From contig JBDRGF010000055.1 in the NCBI GenBank assembly GCA_043818055.1, forward strand, positions 1 to 19,964: DNA of 19,964 bases. The letters run 5' to 3'. This DNA comes from Pseudomonadota bacterium (GTDB taxonomy: Bacteria > UBA10199 > 2-02-FULL-44-16 > JBDRGF01). The notes beneath the pieces were generated by a model. It was not told the origin of the DNA. It did not search any database and saw nothing but the letters and a program-made list of their open reading frames with translations. The position numbers were made by a program, and so were the translations under genes. This document shows, one piece after another, positions 14,130-19,964 of this stretch; positions within the stretch are counted from its first letter, which is position 1; the number at the start of each line of letters is the position of its first letter.

Positions 14130-17100
14130 TTATTTCTTCTTTGCTTTTCTGATCGAATTTAGAAGGCCCTCTTCACGCACGGTTTCGATTAAGACGTAGA
14201 AGACCGGAACTAGGCCCAAGCTCAAGAATGTCGATGCGATCATGCCACCCATAACCGCTGTGCCAAGCGAATGGCGGCTCGCGGCGCCTGCGCCCTTGGC
14301 AAGCACAAGAGGCAAAACGCCTAAAATAAATGAAAATGCTGTCATTAAAATGGGTCTCAATCGGATCTTGGCGGCCAGAAGGGCCGACTCAACAATCTCT
14401 TTCCCGGCCGTTCTCTGATCCTTTGCAAATTCGATCAGGAGAATCGCATTTTTGCTAGCGATTCCGATGAGCATCACCAATCCAATCTGGCAATAGACAT
14501 CGTTGTTCAATGATCTCAGCCACTGAGCGGTCAGCGCCCCTAACATCGCAAGTGGAACGGCGAACATCACCATGAGCGGCATGCTCCAGCTTTCATATTG
14601 CGCGGCCAAAAACAAAAAGACGAATATGAGAGCAAGCGTAAAGATAAGAGGTGCCATGTTTCCAGCCTGCAGCTCTTCGAAAGCGACCCCGGTCCACTCG
14701 AATCCAAATCCATCCGGCAGCACCCTGTCGGCGAGACTCTGCATGGCATTGATCGCCTGGCCCGAGCTGTAGCTGGAAGTGTTTGCGCCATTCAGTTCGA
14801 CAGCGCGGTAAACGTTGTAATGTTTGATGCTCTGTACGCCGCGTATCTCCTTCACCTGAGCCAGCGCGGAGAGAGGAATCATCTCATTTTGATTATTTCT
14901 GACATACAGGCGCGCTATGTCTGTCATGTCTGAGCGGTAGTTCTTCTTCGCCTGCGCATAGACGCGATAGACGCGCCCGAATCTGTTGAAGTCGTTCACA
15001 TAGAGCGAGCCTAAGTACGCCTGAAGCGTGTTGAATACATCGCTTATCTGGATGCCGAGCACCTTTGTCTTGGTTCTGTCGAGGTCGATATAGATCTGCG
15101 GGTAGTTAATTCTGAAGCTCGTCGAGAGTGGTGTCAGCGAGGGCTCCTTTTTTGCTTCATCGATCATTTTCTGTGTAACCGCGCTCAATCTGTCGAGCGT
15201 ATTTCCCTCTCTATCCTGTAACTCAAACTGAAATCCTCCGGTGGTGCTTAAACCCGAGATCGGCGGTGGATTGAAGGGAATAACCATGGCACCTTCTATT
15301 TTCAGAGTCTTCATATAGATGGTGCTCATTATTGCGTTGAGGCTTAAATCTTCAGATGTCCTATCATCCCAGGGATTGAGGACCACAAAGAAGGATGAGG
15401 CGCTTGGATCGAGGCCCCCGTTGATGATATTGTATCCGCCGATTGTCAGGACGTCACTCACACCCTCGGTATTTCCCAGAATTTTCTCGATCTGGGTGGC
15501 AATCTTATCCGTGCGTTCGAGCGACGAGCCATCCGGACCTTGGGCCAGCATGAAGAAATATCCCTGATCTTCGTCGGGCAAAAACCCTGTAGGCACTATC
15601 CTGAAGAGCAGGTATGTGACGGCGATCATCCCCAAAAAGACGATCATGACCACGCGCCATTTATTTATAAATATGCCGACCAGTTTGTGATAATGAAACT
15701 TCGACCACTCCATCCCCTGATTGAATTTTTTGAAGAGGAAATTTTCTCCTCCCGATTTTGGACGCAGCAAAATGGCACAGAGCGCAGGGCTCAAGGTCAA
15801 TGCGTTTATGGTGGAGATGCCGACAGCGCAAGCTATAGTCAGCGCAAATTGTTTGTATAGCTGTCCGCTGATCCCCGGTATAAAAGCGACTGGAACGAAG
15901 ACGGCAAAGAGCACCAAAGTTGTAGCGATTACCGGGCCGACCACCTCGCTCATACCTTTGCTAGCCGCCTCAAGCGGTTCCATCCCCTCCTCTTCGATGA
16001 GGCGCGATATGTTTTCGACAACGACGATTGCGTCGTCGACGACAGTTCCAATCGCCAGCACCAGACCAAAGAGGGTCAGCGTGTTGATTGAAAAACCGAG
16101 CACCATCATCAGGCCAAACGTTCCTATGAGGGAGACAGGGATGGTGATCGCCGGTATCAGTGTGGAGCGCCAATCTTGCAGGAATATGTAGATGACGAGG
16201 AAGACGAGAAACATCGCCATCACGAGTGTCATTATAACTTCTTTAATCGATTCTATGACGAACATCGTCGTGTCGTAGGCGATCTTATAATTCATCCCTT
16301 TGGGGAAGTGTTTGGAGAGCGAGCTCATCGTCTCTTTGACAGCGTTTGCTATATCGACTGAGTTCGCATCGGGGAGCTGATAGACGCCTATCATAGTGGT
16401 TTTCTTGCCGTTCATGTTGGTGTACCACTGATAATTCTCCGCGCCCATCTCGACCGACGCGACATCTTTGATATAGACAACAGTGCCATCGTTGTTGCTT
16501 CGCAAGATTATATTTTCAAACTCCTCCGGTTTTGAGAGGCGACCTTTCGTTGTTACAGTGTATTGAAAGACCTGCCCGGGAGGGGAGGGCGGCTGGCCTA
16601 TCGAACCTGCTGCCACCTGCAAATTTTGATCCTTCACCGCGTTTATGACATCGGAGGCAGTCATCCCCATGCTTGCTAGTTTGTCCGGATCCAGCCAGAG
16701 GCGCATCGAGTATTTTCTCTCTCCCATGATAGTGACATCGCCCATGCCGGGGATGCGCTTTAAGACATCGACTATGTTGATGTCGGCATAGTTGCTCAAA
16801 TAGAGATCGTCAAATGTGTTGTCGGGAGAGAAGAGGTTGATGGCCAAAACGAGGTTTGTCGATTTTTTCTGTGTCGTGACACCGTAAGAACGGACATCCT
16901 GGGGAAGGCGGGGAAGGGCTATATCGACCCTGTTTTGCACATCGACGGCCGCGATGTCGAGATCGTAACCTACTTTAAATGTCACATTGATCGTGGCTGT
17001 GCCGTCGTTGGAACTCATCGACGACATGTATGTCATCCCTTCAACGCCGTTGATCTGCTCTTCAAGCGGGGATGTGACTGTCTGTTCCAAAACCTCAGCA

Positions 17101-17261
17101 CTGGCGCCTGTGTATGTGGCTGTCACCTGAACGACGGGCGGTGCAATCTGGGGAAATTGTGCGACAGGTAATATTGGAATACAGATCAACCCTGCCAACA
17201 CGATGAGAATCGCGATGACGCAGGCAAAGACTGGTCGCTTGATAAAAAAATCAACGAACAT
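14130..17261 (-). CDS. HAE1-family RND efflux permease (AcrB/MexB-like)
   Basis: 1043 aa with FFIKRPVFA, P.IAPP.V.V, and proton-relay motifs GTVVDDAIVVVEN, ASKNAIL, RLRPILMT. Confidence 0.96.
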   Translation of the reverse strand: MFVDFFIKRPVFACVIAILIVLAGLICIPILPVAQFPQIAPPVVQVTATYTGASAEVLEQTVTSPLEEQINGVEGMTYMSSMSSNDGTATINVTFKVGYDLDIAAVDVQNRVDIALPRLPQDVRSYGVTTQKKSTNLVLAINLFSPDNTFDDLYLSNYADINIVDVLKRIPGMGDVTIMGERKYSMRLWLDPDKLASMGMTASDVINAVKDQNLQVAAGSIGQPPSPPGQVFQYTVTTKGRLSKPEEFENIILRSNNDGTVVYIKDVASVEMGAENYQWYTNMNGKKTTMIGVYQLPDANSVDIANAVKETMSSLSKHFPKGMNYKIAYDTTMFVIESIKEVIMTLVMAMFLVFLVIYIFLQDWRSTLIPAITIPVSLIGTFGLMMVLGFSINTLTLFGLVLAIGTVVDDAIVVVENISRLIEEEGMEPLEAASKGMSEVVGPVIATTLVLFAVFVPVAFIPGISGQLYKQFALTIACAVGISTINALTLSPALCAILLRPKSGGENFLFKKFNQGMEWSKFHYHKLVGIFINKWRVVMIVFLGMIAVTYLLFRIVPTGFLPDEDQGYFFMLAQGPDGSSLERTDKIATQIEKILGNTEGVSDVLTIGGYNIINGGLDPSASSFFVVLNPWDDRTSEDLSLNAIMSTIYMKTLKIEGAMVIPFNPPPISGLSTTGGFQFELQDREGNTLDRLSAVTQKMIDEAKKEPSLTPLSTSFRINYPQIYIDLDRTKTKVLGIQISDVFNTLQAYLGSLYVNDFNRFGRVYRVYAQAKKNYRSDMTDIARLYVRNNQNEMIPLSALAQVKEIRGVQSIKHYNVYRAVELNGANTSSYSSGQAINAMQSLADRVLPDGFGFEWTGVAFEELQAGNMAPLIFTLALIFVFLFLAAQYESWSMPLMVMFAVPLAMLGALTAQWLRSLNNDVYCQIGLVMLIGIASKNAILLIEFAKDQRTAGKEIVESALLAAKIRLRPILMTAFSFILGVLPLVLAKGAGAASRHSLGTAVMGGMIASTFLSLGLVPVFYVLIETVREEGLLNSIRKAKKK

Positions 17262-18684
17262 TGTCGTCCTCTTTTCGGTCCTTTATATTTTTTTGCATCA
17301 TCTCTTTGGTCGAGACCTCTTTTGGCCTCACGCGCATGCCGGTCTTCACAAACTGCATCCCCTCGATGATGACCCTCTCTCCGGCTTTGAGGCCACTTTT
17401 TATTACTCTCATTCCGTTGTAACTGGGACCGGCGACAATCGGCCTTTCTTCCACCTTGTTGTGCTTTCCTACGACCAGCACGTAGCTTCCACCCTGCTCT
17501 TCACCGATCGCCTGCTCCGGGATGAGCAGAGTATTTGGAACCTCTTCGAGCAAAAGCTTAGCATTCATATATATGCCGGGCAGGAGTGTCTTATCTGGAT
17601 TGGGAATTATCGCTCGCATTCTTATCGTGCTCGTCGTGTTGTCGATCTCATTGTTGATAAAATCGAGAGTCCCTTTTTGCGGATATTCGGTTCCGTCTGA
17701 GAATGTAAGCTTGACGGAGAGTTTTCCCTTCTGAGCGAACTTCACGATCTTCTGATATTCCGTTTCGCTTGGATTGAAGTTCACATATATCGGGTCGAGC
17801 TGGACGATCGTCGCCAAAAGGGTATTCTGTCCGGCTCCTACGAGGTTCCCCACATGGATATTTGTCTGGCCGATCCTGCCATCGAGTGGAGAGGTCATCG
17901 TGCAATAGCTCAAGTTCAGCTTTGCCTGTTCCACTTGTGCCTCGTCTGCTTCGACAGCCGCCTTCGCCTGTTCGGCTGCGGTCACCTGATTATCATAGAA
18001 CTCTTTCGTGACATATTCCTTCTTCATGAGAGGCTCGTATCTCTTGACCTGCTCGACTGCGTATTCATAAGCCGCCTGATCTTTTTTGAGCTGCGCGATG
18101 CTCTTCTCAAGCGATGCTTCATACTCCCGCTTGTCGATGACAAACATGAGATCGCCCGTCTTGACATTATCCCCCTCGACAAATGCACGCTCGATCAAAA
18201 AGCCTTCGACGCGTGCGTTGATATCGACCTTTCTCACGGAAGAGATGATGCCGACATATTCAAGATAGGCAGGGGTGGTTTCGGATATCACCTGTGCGAC
18301 TTTGACAGGGCGGGGCAATAAAAAAGGCAGATACTTGAAGAGATAATGCCCGCCGATGAAGACGAAAAGGAGAATGCCCGCGATTATGCATCTTTTGCGG
18401 GTAAACCAGTTTTTGTGTTTTGCAAAAAAACTACCCAGCCACTTAAAAATCTTTTTATCTTTAAATTTTAAAATCTGCGGATATTTTTTGAGAACATAAT
18501 CTTTAAACTCGAGAAAATTATCTTTGATCGCAGGCCAAATATCTCTCCATTTTATATTGTCGAAATTTTTTATACCGGGACAGAACTTTGCAATAAAATC
18601 CCTCCCCTTCAAAAGTTTGTCCTTCATAGTTGCGAACAACCTTTTGATAGAGCCTTTCTCAACCTTATGTTCATCTCTTTTCAT
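17251..18684 (-). CDS. RND periplasmic adaptor (membrane fusion protein) with long N-terminal extension
   Basis: INARVEGFL...EGDNVKTGDLMFVID, SPLDGRIG, QLDPIYVNF, NPDKTLLPG, GLKAGERVI. Overlaps both neighbouring genes. Confidence 0.93.
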   Translation of the reverse strand: MKRDEHKVEKGSIKRLFATMKDKLLKGRDFIAKFCPGIKNFDNIKWRDIWPAIKDNFLEFKDYVLKKYPQILKFKDKKIFKWLGSFFAKHKNWFTRKRCIIAGILLFVFIGGHYLFKYLPFLLPRPVKVAQVISETTPAYLEYVGIISSVRKVDINARVEGFLIERAFVEGDNVKTGDLMFVIDKREYEASLEKSIAQLKKDQAAYEYAVEQVKRYEPLMKKEYVTKEFYDNQVTAAEQAKAAVEADEAQVEQAKLNLSYCTMTSPLDGRIGQTNIHVGNLVGAGQNTLLATIVQLDPIYVNFNPSETEYQKIVKFAQKGKLSVKLTFSDGTEYPQKGTLDFINNEIDNTTSTIRMRAIIPNPDKTLLPGIYMNAKLLLEEVPNTLLIPEQAIGEEQGGSYVLVVGKHNKVEERPIVAGPSYNGMRVIKSGLKAGERVIIEGMQFVKTGMRVRPKEVSTKEMMQKNIKDRKEDDNVR

Positions 18685-19964
18685 CTGTTAAGTTCCTTTC
18701 CTGGATTGTATCATATGTGGTTGAGGTAGAATTATTTGCATCCATCTCGCTTCCCATCGCGTGCATCAAGGCCACAAAAGAATTATAGAGGCTCGTCCTG
18801 GCATCGATGAGCTGTGCTCTGGCATTTGCTAGCGTGCTCTGCGCGTCGAGGAGCTCAGTGATTTCAGCCGCGCCCTCTTTGTATCTGGCGAGTGAGACCT
18901 TGTACGATTCGGTCGAGCTCTCGAGGAGTGATTTGGATGCTATCAGCTGTTCTGCGGAGGTTTTGAAATTATAGTATGCGTTCCAGACATCAGCGATGAC
19001 CGACTCCTCGGTATTTTCAAACTCGGCTTGGGCAGCCTGGAGATCGGCCTTGGCCTTTTTGATAGCGTTTTGATATTCAAACCCTTTGAAAATGGGAATG
19101 TTCAGCTGTACTCCGCCATACATTCCAGTGTTCTGATTGTTGCGCATCTTCGTCCACGAAAAATCGCCCGAGCCTGTCAAAGTTGGAAAGGGGGCTCGCT
19201 TTGCTGAAGTCAGCTCCGACTCCTTCTGCTTTAACGTGGAGAAGGCCTGATTGAGGGCTGGCCTTCTCACCTTTGCGATTTCAATCATGCCATCGACACT
19301 TTCATCCACCTTTTCCACAGGAAGATCTTTGAGCTCATCGTGAACGGAAAATTGCATATTAGCAGGCCACCCGACGACACGCGCCAGGTCCCCTTGCGAT
19401 ATCATTACAGCGCCCTTAGCCTGTGCGAGATTGACTTTGACCTGCGACGCCTTCGAGCGGGCAAGCAGTACATCGGCCAGCGTGCTCACTCCGCTCTTTC
19501 TTCTGAGCTCCGTCGCCGCGAGGCTCATATTTGCCTCGTCGAGATTTTTAACTTGCGCCTTTTGAAGCGCTACGTTTGCGAGATAGGTATTATAAGCGGT
19601 AGGCACATCGCGCAGCAGATCCTGTATCGCCTGATTGTGGCTCCAGTTTGCGGCGATCAACGCCTCCTTTGCAGCCTTTGCTTTAGCACCTCTTCCGCCG
19701 AAATCGAAGAGGAGATAACTGATATTGAGATCTGTGCTCACAAAGTTGCTGCCGCCCTGTAATGCAGGAATTCTTCCCGCCGCGCCGCTCACTGTGCCGT
19801 TGATCTCAGGATAGTAGGTGCTCCTCGACATTCCCCAGCTGGCGGCGGCAGCTTTCGCCTGAGCCCACGCAATTCTCGTAGATGGATTATTTTTGAGCGC
19901 GATATCGATGAGCTGCAAGAGCTTTAAATCTTGTGTCGATTGATCAGTCAGGGAGTCGGCCGCG
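18671..19964 (-). CDS. TolC-family outer membrane factor (5' end outside window)
   Basis: ALKNNP, LLFDFG, RRPAL, IPIFKG, RYKEG...ELLDAQ. The frame stays open upstream of 19918 to the window edge (AADSLTDQSTQDLKLLQLID...). Confidence 0.93.
   Translation of the reverse strand, partial: AADSLTDQSTQDLKLLQLIDIALKNNPSTRIAWAQAKAAAASWGMSRSTYYPEINGTVSGAAGRIPALQGGSNFVSTDLNISYLLFDFGGRGAKAKAAKEALIAANWSHNQAIQDLLRDVPTAYNTYLANVALQKAQVKNLDEANMSLAATELRRKSGVSTLADVLLARSKASQVKVNLAQAKGAVMISQGDLARVVGWPANMQFSVHDELKDLPVEKVDESVDGMIEIAKVRRPALNQAFSTLKQKESELTSAKRAPFPTLTGSGDFSWTKMRNNQNTGMYGGVQLNIPIFKGFEYQNAIKKAKADLQAAQAEFENTEESVIADVWNAYYNFKTSAEQLIASKSLLESSTESYKVSLARYKEGAAEITELLDAQSTLANARAQLIDARTSLYNSFVALMHAMGSEMDANNSTSTTYDTIQERNLTDEKR

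Noticed and set aside
9217..19762. Numerous short antisense or alternate-frame ORFs in the ORF track
   Set aside because: They lie wholly or almost wholly within well-supported genes (gadB, gadC, GATase, RND, MFP, OMF) and show no recognisable motifs, as expected of shadow ORFs.

Overview
Bacterial window with two parts. Right (about 8650-19964, all minus strand, visibly GC-richer): a tripartite HAE1 RND efflux operon (partial TolC-like OMF, MFP, AcrB-like pump), a secreted hypothetical protein, a lipoprotein fusing a discoidin-like domain to a class I glutamine amidotransferase, a GadC-like APC transporter and glutamate decarboxylase. Left (1-8650, AT-rich, accessory): a P-loop ATPase with a C-terminal PD-(D/E)xK-like domain, a wHTH-MNT/HEPN pair, a membrane protein, a Pepco-like gene frameshifted at a poly-A tract, a basic metzincin, and an XRE-HTH/DUF6036-like nucleotidyltransferase pair. 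The main signal is non-coding. A ~200-bp element occurs three times as direct repeats (1820-2018, 6527-6721, 8436-8665). Each copy lies upstream of one toxin-antitoxin or defence-like module and contains 16-bp palindromic sites, an IHF-like site, a GTAG-type REP hairpin and a copy of the gadB 3' end. The three leaders stack operator-like motifs in a nested way (1, 2 and 3 motif types), suggesting an iteratively built and possibly hierarchically regulated cassette array anchored at the end of gadB. No recombinase is visible in the window. All family calls come from motif recognition by eye, not database searches.
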